DNA of 54,533 nucleotides from contig CAJFCJ010000059.1 of NCBI GenBank assembly GCA_904063045.1, positions 1-54,533 on the forward strand. The letters are read 5' to 3'. Below the pieces are notes generated by a model. The model searched no databases. It saw nothing but the letters and a program-made list of their open reading frames with translations, and was not told the origin of the DNA. Numbering within the stretch: the first letter of the stretch is position 1; each line of letters opens with the position of its first letter. Shown piece after piece: positions 35,580-48,603 of this stretch. This DNA comes from Dimorphilus gyrociliatus. Lineage: Eukaryota; Animalia; Annelida. The position numbers and the translations under genes are program-made.

Positions 35580-38078
35580 GGGACCGGTTGAAAAAGGCTG
35601 CAAGTGAATTTTTATAAAGATTGGAAATGGAAAGTAGTTTAATGAATATTATATGGTTTATTGAAAAGAATAAAAACATTTGATTATATATTTAAGTCAA
35701 CTATGAAAATAGACTTTAGAACAATTTTCTATAATTTGTAGTGCAGTAATTTGGCCATTCTTAAATTTATCCCAAGTCTCAAATATTTTTCTTTGTAGGT
35801 TTACATAAATTTTCTTCTGATATCTTTTTAATTTTCTTTCACACAGCATCTTTTGAAACAGAGGTACCAGATCTGATTCCCTTTTTAATTCATTAACTAA
35901 TTTGTAAAAAGATTTGGCATTTCCAATATTTAGGTTTAATCTATTATGGAATCCTTCTACATCATTATTAGTTCTGATAGCTAAGTCAAATACTGACCAA
36001 GCTGGTGTCCAAGTAGCATTGATTATCCAAGTGTTTTCCACATAATGTAATAAATCTGATAACTTTTCCAAGGTATTTAAATGAGCTTTTATTTTGTTAA
36101 ATTCCTGGGGAATGATATCAGCAGGCAAAAAAGGTAAACCCATGAGAAGCTTCATTTCAGTCCACTGTCCAGTATGTTTTTTGTAGTCAGATGAATATCC
36201 CAATTCCTATAAAAATATATATTAAAATATGGCAAAAGACAATAAAACATTTTAATTATTACCTGAATTTTTTGAAAAATTGCTTGAGTCCAATGAAATA
36301 GACAACCTTTGATTTCAGTTTCTGGAAAATATTTTGCCACACTTTTCCAGATTGCCTTTTCATAATCTAAGCATATTTTTTTTGGTGAGTAACCACCAAT
36401 TAAGTCCTTTACTGCCTGAATAAACAAGATGTTATTAATAAGTTTTAAGATGTAAATATACTTATTATTTACTTTGAATAAAGTTGAGTATGCTTTTCTT
36501 TTCTTAGAAGAAAGTAGAGCAAAGAGCAGAGGAACTTGTTTTAGTTCACCATTCTTCTTTAGGAAGCTATGAATTGAAAATAATTGCTTAAATGGAGGAT
36601 TGACAACCTTAAAGGTGCCATCCATAAAATAATAAATATACCATATTTTAGATAATGCTAGTAATTCCATTTGTTTAGTAGTTGCAAATATTAAAATTTG
36701 CTCATTGTTTACTGATAGATCATTTCTAAGAAAACCATCTGGTAAAAAAGTGTGATGTAAAGGAAAAAACAATGTTTTTGGTTCCTCTGGTTGATTTTTT
36801 CATCTGTGATAATTCACCACTTGTTTACAGCTACTCATACTGGGAAAATTAGAAATGTTTTGTTTTTGGATAAATGTATCTTCAACAATTCTCTTGGCAC
36901 TTGTTTGAGTGTCCATTTCTGATCTTTGTTTTATGATAACTTTCATATCAATAATTTCTTTTAAATTTAATTTGGGAGAATGATTGTGTGATTTTGAACC
37001 CAAAGTAAAATTACCATCATTCTCATTGACACTACCAGGACATTGATCTTGTTTGTTATTATTGCCACTACATCTCCAAATTCTTGATTTATTTCTTTGG
37101 TTTTTGATAGTATATGAAAATCCATCATGAACAAGTAATGGCTTTCCTTTTTGACTCCCATTTTGGAAAATTTTAAATGATCCATCACTCCTTAGAACAA
37201 CATCATCTACATCTTCAAATGAGCTGTCTTCAGGTTGGTTTGTGTTGTGATCAAAAGGAAAATAATCCTCTCTTGTATTCAAATGCTCCATTGTAACATC
37301 TTCAGCAAAAACTTCTCTTTGTGGTATTTGTGTATTTTTAATGACTACATTATCTATTGGTCCTTCTATTTGCTTAATACTTTCACCATCATTGGCAGAT
37401 TTGTCTTTTTCATTATTTGCAATCAAAAGATCATTAATGTCATCAGCAGTGGCTTCCACTTGATTATTTCTAAAAATTTCTTGATGATCAATTCTCTTAG
37501 GAAGTTTTGCTGTTAAAGTATTTTCATCACATCTTCTTAAAACAATTTGTAATGAATAGTTGTTGATTTTCAGGCAAATTTCACAAAAGCCATCTATATA
37601 TTAAGAAAAATGGTGTCAAATTGAAAAATATGAACATTTAACTTACCATTTAAACAAACCCAATGAGTTGTATGCTTACATAGAGAGCATACACCTCTTT
37701 TTTGTTTATTAATTTTCTTCTTACAAGCATAACAGAGAGATGCCATATTGAAATTATCTTCTGAAGAAAATGATTTGCTTCACAGGTTAGAGAGTATATC
37801 TGGCAAAAATGATGTACAATAAATACATTGCATTTATATTGAAGTCTTTACTCTCTTCATATGATAAATAATATAACATATAATAAAAATAATTCAAACT
37901 TTTTACATATATGTGACCACACTTGTTGTTATAGTACAGTGTAAAACATTCTATTTAAATAGAAAAAACTGGTAGAAACATTATGAAATCTATTTGAAAT
38001 TCAGCATATTTGGTAAGCCTGAAGCCTTTTTTAATCAGTTGCAGCCTTTTTCAATTGCAGCCTTTCTTAACCTAATCC
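35580..38078 (-). mobile_element. Complete Mutator-like (MULE) DNA transposon with TIRs and 9-bp TSD
   Basis: TSD AAATTATTG at 35571-35579 and 38079-38087; inverted TTGAAAAAGGCTGCAA (35588-35603) and TTGCAGCCTTTTTCAA (38039-38054). Confidence 0.92.
35697..37746 (-). pseudogene. MULE transposase gene, 4 exons: PHD finger, FLYWCH, DDE; one premature TGA at 36800-36802
   Basis: ATG 37746; CYAC..CSLC..HWVC..CEIC (C4HC3); LVHDGFSY..WRC..C..HNH; MDGTFK, LDYEKA, GCLFHWTQA, RTNNDVEGFHNRLN. Introns 37594-37646, 36416-36472 and 36207-36262, all GT-AG and frame-preserving. Confidence 0.88.
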
Positions 38079-39455
38079 AAATTATTGATACAATAACACC
38101 TACAGATTGGCACAAACAAAGAGCAAAGGAAGTATCAATTATGAATTACATTTTCTCTTGTGGACATTTTCTCCATAAACTGTAAGGGAATATTCTTAAA
38201 AGATTTTTTATATCATTTGAAAGATAGTAAGTATAGTAAATTTTCTTTTAATGTCAAGGTCAAAAAAAAATATTTTTTTATACCTTCTTTTCTAGATTTT
38301 CATGGAAATGTGTAACTAGTTTTCGAGCAATATCATGAAAGTAATTTTCAAAAACAATTGTGTTTGACATTAAAACAAGAAATGTTTTTTAAGACTATTA
38401 CTTCAAATTTAGAATGTACCCAACAATTGAGCCATCTTTCCTAAACAGGAAGAAAATTCTATCAATTTTATTACATTTGCTAAAAAATATAGTAAAAAAA
38501 GTTTTTAAATTTTAAAAAACAAAACATATTTGTCCAATTGAAAGTAACCTTTGTATTGAAGGATTCATTCTAGCTATGTGTAATTTACAAAATAGTAAAG
38601 AAAGGAATATTGAAACAGTTTCAAGATGAATACAATTTCTGGTGAATCAATCTACATAGAATATGACTTTGAATTACCATTTAAAATGTATGCAAAATCT
38701 AACAAGAGATTATTTTTTTTTCTACAAAAGAGAAAAGAAGATGAACATTAATTTGTTATCCTTAATCTTTTTACTGCTCTTATATTGATCAGCTATATAT
38801 TCTACAATAGATAAAGTATTATTGATCAATTATTGTGATGTGTTAATAGCACTTTTAAAGATAAAGATAATAAAAAACTAGTAACCTAATTTCTTGTGCT
38901 GTCATTTGAATTATTTACAGTTAATTAATCTATAAAACTTATTAAATTAAAATGATATCATTTCTCAATTACTTGAATTATTGCATTAAAATTTCTAAAT
39001 CTTATGCAATTCTCCAACATTCACTCATCTTTTTCTAAAACTTTTAATCCATATATTTGTGATTCCTTTACAGCTATATTAAATTATTATCAGCAATTAC
39101 AAGTATTGAAAACTGATAGTTTAACAACAGTGGCTTTAAATCTTTAACATTAGTTGTCAACTTTACAATATTGATTGAGTACATTCTTTTTAACAGTTTA
39201 AAAATAAAATTTAAAATTTTACTTTCAAAAAAGATTGATACTTGTCAGATTTTTACTTCTTGATCATTTAGGCATTAAGTGAACAGTAAATGAATATATA
39301 AAACTCTCCAACTGATTGTAAAAGTAGATTTGAAGAAGAAAATTTTTTACAACATATAAAAATAGGCCTTTTCATATTTCTACTTTCATTTTGGTTCTTT
39401 AAATGTTGAAATGAGAAAAGAAACTTTTTAAACTACATTCCAACTTTTTTGAATA

Positions 39456-39961
39456 ATGGAGGTAAATTTTTTATTCTTTCTTTTATAAAGTGAAATTTTC
39501 TTTTTTTTTTTAAAATTTCCAAAACTTTTTTTATAGATTAGAGAAAGAGGTTTAGTTGTTCAAGAAACTTGGATTAATAGTTTATGCAGTTGTTTCAATA
39601 ATGTTTCTGGATGTAAAGTTTGACAAAGAAAGCAAATTTTTAAATACAAAAAAATTTTTTTTTGTTTCCTTTAGGTTTAGCTGCAGCATGCTGCTTTGAA
39701 TGTTACGCAATACATGTCACCTGTAGAATGAATGAGGGTTTACTATGTTGTATTTCCTGTTTCTCACCAACATTAGCAGCTATGAGATCTTACATTCGAG
39801 GAAAATACAATATTCCTGGAAGCATATGTGGAGATTGCTGTGCAGCTCATTGTTGCCCTTGTTGTGTGCTTTGTCAAATAATGAATGAGTGGGAAAGTCG
39901 ACACCAAACTACGGGAATTGTGTTTGTAAAGGAAATTGAAACAATCAAGCATATTCATTGA
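39456..39961 (+). CDS. PLAC8/cornifelin-family Cys-rich protein, 3 exons
   Basis: ME|IRERGLVVQETWINSLCSCFNNVSG|CLAAACCFEC...RSYIRGKYNIPGSICGDCCAAHCCPCCVLCQ; introns 39462-39536 and 39613-39674. Confidence 0.85.
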
Positions 39962-40999
39962 TAATTTAAATATTAGATCTATCTATCTATAGATGTTAAT
40001 ATTGTATAAAATTTAGTATAAAATGAAAATGTCAATTGGCAATGCTTGATAATTTAAATAAAAAGTTATTCAATCTGTTTAATTGAGTAATTAGTACACA
40101 AAAGTTTGGATGAAGCTGCCTTTTTTCCAAATCTTTTTATTTATAAAAGTCCATTTTTAGGAATTTGTCGAGAATTTTTTGCTAAGAAATTTTTCACTGA
40201 AACAGGAAGTAAGATGTACCAATTTTACGGGACCAGTCAAAAATGGCCATAGTGTATAATTTCATTAAAGATTTTTAAGATTAGGAATTTCTGGTTTGTC
40301 ATAACAATAATTATTCTTTTCAATCATTTAACAATTCACCAAAGTGCTCAAACAAATAGAAACTTTAAAATTGATTCACAAATAGTCTCAATAAATGTAA
40401 TTTTGGTAGAAATTAATCAACAAAACACCAGCCTGTCAAGCCTGCTAATCTAGTTCCATACTACTTATCTATTGTAGAATATAGCTGACCAATGTTAGTG
40501 TACAGTAAATTCATTCATTTGTTGATATGATCTATAGCATTATTTTATTATCAATATATTTTTATCAATAAAAAAAAAGAACAATTAAAGAAGAGCTCTC
40601 CCTTTCTCTTTATCTTTCTATTTAAATAATTTTCTATTAATATTGTAAATGTTAATTGTTGCTGTTTTCAAACTAAATGTTTTACTTAAGCAAAAATCAG
40701 AAGAATATCTTTAAACACTGAATTTATTTACAATTAAATTTTCATAATTCTCAGACATTTTTTTAACAATAAAAGGTAGTTTTGTACATATTAGACAACT
40801 AGCAAATTTAGCTAAATCAATGGGATGGTATATAATGTTTTCTTCATTGTTTTACTTGCCTAACAAAAAACTTTACATCTTATACAATTTTCCAATATTC
40901 AAAATTCAACTATTATTTAGAAATCTCAACCACAATGCTATTGTTAAACATTTGTATTAAATAGTATTGAATTAGGTCTACCATTTTAAAAAAAGGTTT

Positions 41000-41347
41000 T
41001 TATTCAAGATAATTGTTGAATTTTTCAGGGAAGAGGATATCATTTACATCAATTAGCCAACAATCGTTATTATATCTCTTTACTATCTTTGAATGAACCA
41101 GTCTATTATTTACTATGACAGAAGAGTCCATATCATTTATGCTGTCTTGAACATTCTCAAAGATATGGAAATTTTTTTGGTGAATGATACCAAGTAATCC
41201 TCCATTTTTCTCGTTTCTAAATTGTGTTTGAAAGATAATATCTAAAAATTCTCCAATTACAAGCTTGTTTGATTTTTTTACTGAGAAAAATTCTGGCTTA
41301 GAGTGGTTCCCTTTCTTTATTCCAACCAAAAATATATTATTCTCCAT
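41000..41347 (-). CDS. Uncharacterised 115-aa ORF downstream of a MULE remnant
   Basis: Open from ATG; paralogous 3' fragment at 2692-2777. Confidence 0.4.
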   Translation of the reverse strand: MENNIFLVGIKKGNHSKPEFFSVKKSNKLVIGEFLDIIFQTQFRNEKNGGLLGIIHQKNFHIFENVQDSINDMDSSVIVNNRLVHSKIVKRYNNDCWLIDVNDILFPEKFNNYLE

Positions 41348-41399
41348 GTGCTAGAGTCACAGTAAAATCTGCAATTTGAATTGTTTTTCTTGTAGAATG

Positions 41400-41800
41400 C
41401 CAGTCTTGATATTTTTGATCCTGAATGTACACTCCATCTAGAGCAATAGTCAAATCATGATTATTTAAAGACTTAATAATTTCTTATAAAGTGTAATCAA
41501 CTCTGCTTCTCTCTTCAATGATAACATACAATGAAGAATTTGCATGAATATTCCTGTTTAATCTGTTGTACCATCCTTCCAGGTCATTGTTGGTCCTGAT
41601 TGCTTCACCATATGTTGACCAATTAGGTCACCATGTAAAACAACAGTTTAGTTACAACTCATAAAATTTACACCTCTCAATCTAGAATAGCATCTGAATG
41701 AACCTGTACTTGTTAAAACATAAAGAATTGGTTTGAGCCTAACATAGTCTGAAAATAAAAAGATTATAATTTTCCCTATCTTAAAGATATATGCTAATAA
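41400..41800 (-). pseudogene. MULE transposase C-terminal remnant
   Basis: NWSTYGEAIRTNNDLEGWYNRLN. Confidence 0.75.
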
Positions 41801-42043
41801 TTTCTATGTTGACCTTCTGTTACAAGAAACAAATGAACTAATTATCCACATTGATTTTTTCAAACATTTTAGTTGTGTAAACATTCTGTAAAATATAATA
41901 GAAGAAGGTTAAGTAAACTAGACAAACTTTTTTCTCTTTTATAGTTTTAATTGAGTATCAAAGAGAAATGTTTATTAATTTATGGAACAATTGTTTTTAA
42001 ATATATGTAAAGTAAACTGGAACATGCAGTTAGTTAGTTACAG

Positions 42044-42044
<1 letters not shown>

Positions 42045-42072
<28 letters not shown>
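42045..42072. repeat. (TC)n microsatellite; another at about 43364-43380
   Basis: Direct reading. Confidence 0.85.
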
Positions 42073-42078
<6 letters not shown>

Positions 42079-42084
42079 AAAGAA

Positions 42085-44261
42085 ATGGACAAGTTCTTAG
42101 TAATTTTAGTTGGTTAGTTGAAAACTGTCACAGAATGAAAGTATTCATTATTCTTTTCTTCAGCTATGCTTGTAAAGAATATTTATACTTTGGAAAATAT
42201 TGCGAGAGGAAAGGAAGCTTTTCAAAGTTCAACAACATTCCATATTAATCATAAATTAGCTAATTTTGCAACTGATTCAAATATTGTTATTGATGATGGA
42301 GTGGTAGATTTTAAACAATTTTTGTTCATTGTTAATTCCTTCACTTTTCATTTTTGTCTTTTCAGAGTGGTTACGAATGTGCTAAAACTCATTCAACTGT
42401 TGATGAATTTTCCTGGTTTGCAGTTGACCTTGAAAATATTTACAAAGTGGAAAGAGTTTGCCTTCTAAATGGGATGAATAGTAACTATTTAAACAATTTT
42501 GAAATCACTGTGGGCAATGTAACAGAAGTAGGCAACAACTTTTGTGCAAGAGTTATTCCACCTATAGAAAAATCAACCTCAACATCCTTTTCGGAATACG
42601 AATGTTTAACTTGCGCTGACAATGCTGTTGGTTCATTTGTTTTGCTAAAAAAGACCGTTGTCAACTCTGCAATAATGCTTTGTGACATTATTGTTGAAGG
42701 AAAATTCATTAGGGATAGAGGTAATAAACAAACAAAAACTAGTTAAACTCATCCATAAATCCAATACCAGTTTATTTTTTTGATCAGATTTCCAACAACT
42801 CGACCTTAGTAATGTCAATCTAATATCTGGTAAAGAAGAGACAAATAAACAAAAAGCATTCAGTATAGATAGGGATTTTTCTACAACATTTTCAACAAGA
42901 ATTACAAATGGAATGTATATTAAACCATTCCTGTTGATGAAATTTGAAGAAATATTTTCATTTTATGGAGTAATTCTGATTAGAATTGAAGAAAGCAGTA
43001 TAACAAACTTCTCTTTTTTTTTACAATTCTCTTTTCTAAATAACAATAATTTCTTCTTTTTAGATCTACATTTAAAGAATGTTTACATTACTGTAAAATC
43101 AATTCCAGACACGTATTATGACCCAAATAATTTAATGTGTAAAAAGAACGTTACATCTCCCAATCATCGGCCATATACTGCAATAGTAATGTGGTGTGAT
43201 GATATTTACTCCGGAAATTATTTACTTATTAGCCAACGTCCAGACTCTGATAGTATCAAACTTGCATTAGCATTGACAGAAATCTATATTTATGCTAAGA
43301 AATTTGATAAATCTGAGCAATATGGTAAATTTGTTAAAAATTTAATAATCCCTTATCCATTCTCTCTCTCTCTCTCTCTCTTTGTTAGAGTCAGCTCTTC
43401 AACGTCAACAATCCTATACAGTAGTAAAAAGAAATAATGTTAGCCTAACAGAAGCTGCATACAAGATATTCTATGACAATCTTCTATACGATACGAACCC
43501 TTTTATTCAATTAAATACAAATAACATACTCACAGTATCAACTAAACTGATTCATTTAAATACCATTTGCTTATCAAGTTGAGTATACATCATTCTCTTT
43601 TCTGCTCTTCTTTAATTTCCTTCACTTATCTTTTGCAGTAACAATCTCAAGTTACAAAGACATAGACAGTAGTTTAATAGTTTTCGATCACTTTAGAAAT
43701 GAAGAGATTACTACTCAAGTTAAAGGATCATTTCTGTATGATCATACAATTTGTACTAAATTCAAGACAGCCTTTACAAAATACTTTACATTTATATCAA
43801 AAATTCTAATGCATTTAACTGAAATTCAATGTTTTGCTGAATCAATTGCATCGAGAAATTGTAAATAAAAAAATGTATTAAGCCTATATATTAATAAAAG
43901 AATTTCTTTTTAAATAGATAATATTCAAGATATGACTCATCAATGCCAAACTAAATCACCTTCACCAGGAGTTTCTCTCACTCTCGTTAATCATAACGAA
44001 TTGATTGGAAAAATGTGCCTTGCTGAATTGATTGGTGAAAATATTACTCAATCTGACATTATCATTCTTTCAAGGAATGAATTGAATGCAAATGTAATGG
44101 GACTTTTCCAACCTTTGAAATTGTCCAATGAGGATGGAGATATCGATTACGGAAAAAGTGTATTTTTAACATGTCAAAATTGTGGTTACTATATTGATTT
44201 CTACCATTTTGGTGAGATAATGAACTGTTTTCAACAAGTTCATTTATATTCACTTGAATAG
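42085..44261 (+). CDS. Secreted multi-exon protein with F-type lectin (FTP/F5-8-like) domains
   Basis: Signal MDKFLVILV|AMLVK; NIARGKEAFQSST, WFAVDLENIYKVERV, IMLCDIIVEG; a second, more diverged domain (LALTEIYIYA); GT-AG introns. Confidence 0.75.
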
Positions 44262-45004
44262 CTTAGTTGAAAATTTTGAATGTTGTTCATTATATACTTA
44301 AATTCTACATATCCAATTAGTCAACCTATTTTCATCAGACAATATCTTGAGCTTAACATAGAAAATGTAATGAGTGTCTTTTCTTTATAATGCTGTTGTG
44401 ACCACCATTTCAATATATAATAAGGGAAATTACAACACCTTTTGTAATTATACACCTCTTTGAAGCTTTCAAATAGCATAATTCCTTTGAAGGTAATATG
44501 GTTTTAATTTGGGGTGATAACATGCCTAAAAATGGGGCTGACAGGTTTTTATGAACCTTAACTTTGACTAGCGTTTAGGTTATGCGGGTTATGAGAAAGA
44601 AAAAACCTAGGGTCAGCGATAATGAAATAGATTGGGCACGGGGAAGAGAAGAGGTCTTGATATGCTGCAACAGAACTTTTAGTAGAGTTGTTTCAATTAT
44701 CCTATCACATCTAATTCACTGATTGTAAAAGATATAGTCGAAAAGCATTAATTGAAGAATAATACAACAATGTCATCAGCAATTCTTTTGTCCAATGACT
44801 TCCTATTCGCTATAGCTAAAATTTGGTCACGTGACATCTACTTGAATAACTGCTTGCTTAAGCATTCACTTTTGAATAAATCATTCAGACTAAACAAATT
44901 CATTTAATAGTTTTATTTAATGGAATCTATGCTGTTCTAATTCTAAGAAAGAGAACTTAGCTAAGTAGAATCATAATACAATGAGTAATGAAATCTGAAC
45001 AGAA

Positions 45005-45375
45005 TGTTATAGATTATGTGTTAGTTTGAGTCAGCGAGTGTATATTAGTATGTATATCAGTGTGTGTCAGTGTAAGTCGGCGTCACTTAAAGGGTTAGCT
45101 TGACTTGGCCAAAGCCAGAACGGTCCCATTGACTCGGTGCCACATCACGGGAGCCACACCGTGGCGCGAACGTGGCACCACAAATGAGCAAAGTAAAGCA
45201 TCTAGTTAAGTGACGCCACCAAGGTATAAAAGAGTGTGAATATGTCAGAACAGTGTGAGAAAACAACGAATGCCTAAGAATATAATTTAGACGGAATTGT
45301 CCGCAATTCTGTGATATAAGTGAATAATAAATCTTATACAATCAACAGTTTAGAGTTTATTATGTATGGCAAACA
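45005..45375 (+). mobile_element. Probable solo LTR of a third family, GC/CpG-rich and structured
   Basis: TGTT...AACA ends, TATAAAA at about 45225, AATAAA at about 45326; nested inverted repeats; TSD not convincing. Confidence 0.5.
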
Positions 45376-46914
45376 AGCAAAAAGACAAATGTTTGTCTAG
45401 AAATTTGTGTCATCCTGTTTATAAAGTGTACATCGTGCACTTTGTGTCTTTAATCCAAACATTTTTAATCAAAAGAAAGAATATGAATTCTCTTTCAAGA
45501 ACCATCATTAGAATTAAAAGAGTTAGATCCTTACCCAAATGTCAAGGCTTTAGAAAATAATAAAAGTTATATCAATGATATTTTTAAACTGTATTGATAA
45601 AGATAAATAAAAGAAGAGACTAGTTTCCTGTTTTCGACAATATATGATAAGATTGCAAAAATTTTCTTAAAATTGAACCAATATCTTTAGTAATTTCTTT
45701 AGCCTCAGTTGGATTACTTTGTAGTAAAAGTTTATTTGTGATATTTGTATTTTTCTATCAATAAATAACTCGAATGAATACAAATAATAGAAAAAATTAT
45801 TTTATCGAATGAATAAATGGGTATCATGGGAGAAAATGTTGCAATTTTTGGATTTTATTACCAACCCTATTAACCTGATCAAGTGGTAAATTTGTCTTCT
45901 TTTTGTTCATCAAGTGATTTCAATTTCCCCAACTATTAAAAGGATAGCCAAGCTTTATCTTGCTTATACATTTTCTCTCAATCTAGGATAATAAATATTT
46001 ATTAAATACTTGCCAATTCAAGAAAATACTCTTTATTAATATTAAGACTGAGAAAACATTGTTTAGAATGTAAAATGTTTAAAAATTTTGTATAAGATTT
46101 AAATTCAATTAAAATTGCTAGAGCAGAATTATTTTTCTTTAAAAATTTAATAGATTGACAATCAAATTCTTGTAGACATTGAAAAACTAAGAAGTTAAAA
46201 GAAGAACATAAAGCTTTATACCAGAAATGACATTTAAACATTTAAATTATAAAAACAACAATGACAGCCTGTTTTTATCACATTACCTGGATAGACATAT
46301 TTTGTGATGAATAAGTCTTCTTTGTTCAGTCTAAAACAATTTTTACTTATAACCCTAAATATTTAAAAAAAAAAATAAATTTCCATATATGGAAATATGG
46401 CAAAAATATTGTTTCTATAAAACTATAACAAAAGAAATAATGAGATATTTTACATTTGTTGGCATTTGTGTTTTTTGATCTCATAAATTATATCTTTAAA
46501 TGTGATAATACTTGAGGTTAAAAAGCATAAAAATGGTAATAACCACAAACTGAACCATTTAACAATAGCAAACATTTTTATAGGTGTATTCTTAAATGTT
46601 AATACTGAAAGGAGAAAAAGAAAAGAAATACTATAATTGATTACTTCATTTATTCTACTATACTTGCATAAACTACTCATAATCAAATAAACAAGATTAA
46701 GTGAAATTGTTGATATATGAATTGGAATAAATGTAAATTTAAATAATTGATAAAATAGTTGTGCAAGTTTAAACAATCTACGACATACAATAAGAGAATA
46801 GTAGAAACACGAAATAATATCTATAATAGACAGAGTTAAGAAATATGCTCTTCTTTTTAATATCCTATATTTAAATATTAAAATAACTTTAATTGTAAAA
46901 CATACAAATTATTC

Positions 46915-47050
46915 CAAACCAAAAAAGTTCTTTGCTGATTATGAGTTAGGATTATGGACTGCTTTATCATCTGTTTATCCTAATGTCCCAATTCAAGGAT
47001 GTGTTTTCCATTGGACACAAGCAGTTTTCAGAAAAATCCAAGTAATATAT
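46915..47050 (+). pseudogene. MULE transposase middle fragment
   Basis: PKKFFADYELGLW...IQGCVFHWTQAVFRKIQ then GTAATA, the same intron position as in the intact element. Confidence 0.8.
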
Positions 47051-47051
47051 T

Positions 47052-47287
47052 TGTACTGCATTGTACGGTAATTGTAGGAATCTCGAGTTCGTTATGATTG
47101 AATTCGTCCTCACCAATCATTTACCAATAAACCAAAGTACTGGTCCAAATAGAACCTTTCAAGTTCGTCCCACAGGTAGTCTCAACAAACGCAATTCCGG
47201 CAAAAATTAATCAATGAACCGCCAGTATTTCGTGCAAAGAGTATGTATTGAGTATAATGAGTTTTAGTTCTAAACAAGCAAGTTTTT
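47052..47287 (-). mobile_element. Partial LTR, family B
   Basis: Matches 11034-11270 (GAATTCGTCCTCACCAATCATTTACCAAT...GGTCCAAATAGAACCTTTCAAGTTCGTCC). Confidence 0.8.
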
Positions 47288-47294
47288 GAGATTG

Positions 47295-48150
47295 TACAAG
47301 GAGGAAGCAGAAAAGGACATGACATTTTATTGAATGATGGATATTCTTTTGTTGTTAAACATAAAACACTTACAACAACAATTTGGGTATGCAGTGTGAG
47401 AAGTAAGAAAAAAAGATGTGTAGCTAGAATAAGACAAAATGGAAGTATATTTATTAAAGGCAATCTGGAACATAATTACAACAGAAAACCTAATTTGGAA
47501 GTAGATGTTAAAGTAAAAACTGATGTAAAAACTATTTGCAAACAAAGCATCTGGAAGAAGCATTGCTGAAAAAGTTCTATTATCATATGAACCTAATGCT
47601 AAATGTCTTCCTGATATCAATTACTTAAAAAGGATGGCAAACTCAAACAGACAAAAATTCAGGCCAGTTGAACCAAAAGTGTATAACTTCAACTTGAACA
47701 CAACTTTTTTACCTGATGAATTTCTCCAGAAAGACATTTGTGAAAATGGAGAAAGAATCTTAATTTTTGCAACAAACCATCAGCTGAACTTATTATCCAA
47801 ATCCAACTACTGGTATATTGATGGTACTTTCAAAATTGATTTCAAGTTGAGCAAATTGACATCAATTGATTTATTGATGCAGACATCTCATATCTACTCT
47901 CCAGCATAAACATCATTTTTTAACTTATCTTGTTCTTTAGTATTAGAATTTAGTGTTTGTTTAGCTGTTTAAATACATATCTTTCAGTTCATATTCAACT
48001 GTGTATTTACAAAATCTAATCAACAGTATAACATGTGTACACCTCTGGAACCAAACCATTTGATGAAAAATCAATAAAGAAATGAAAGAGGAGAGAGGGT
48101 GTGAACATACCTGGGTACATTCGCACCCAGGTACGTTCGCACCCCTAACC
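47295..48150 (+). mobile_element. Deleted FLYWCH-MULE element ending in a TIR-like end
   Basis: GSRKGHDILLNDGYSF..WVC..C..HNY; WYIDGTFK; terminal GGGTAC(A/G)TTCGCACCC twice (48118-48145), whose reverse complement also occurs at about 1381-1397. Confidence 0.7.
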
Positions 48151-48273
48151 ATAACAAAGACATGAAAAACTATTGCATCACTTCTGGCTAACATGTGTCA
48201 CTGCAAAAACAAGCCTGCCTGATTTATCAAAGCAGTTAATATCTCCATCACAGCTCTTACTAATCATAAATGA

Positions 48274-48481
48274 CAGAATAACAGAAAACATCCCCAAATG
48301 AGATTTTTGAAAGCAAGATTTCGGATTGAAAAATGGTTAGCAGGAGTAAAGTAGCTGTTGATTTGTAGTTAGGGGGGTTCCATCTAAGGGTTAGGGGTAA
48401 TCAAAAAGGTTAGAGAGAGACAAGGGCTAGGTTAGGGTTAGGGTTAAACCATGAATTTGGGGATGTTTTCTGTCGTATCTG
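48274..48481. mobile_element. MITE-like element with internal TTAGGG-like repeats
   Basis: 19-bp perfect inverted repeat ACAGAAAACATCCCCAAAT (48281-48299) and ATTTGGGGATGTTTTCTGT (48455-48473). Confidence 0.7.
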
Positions 48482-48603
48482 TTTAGAACTAGTTTAGTAA
48501 CTACACTATTCAAAAACTATAAAACTGTAGATAACATAAAGGAAAATGTTATTTAAAATCTTGTTTTTGCTTCCAAAAGAAAATAATTTTGGAGTCTGAT
48601 AAA

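Noticed and set aside
40085-40140. Tc1-like TIR (TACACAAAAGTTTGG)
   Set aside because: No partner end or TA duplication found.
48378-48450. True telomere or chromosome-fusion site
   Set aside because: Only a few imperfect TTAGGG units, enclosed by MITE TIRs.
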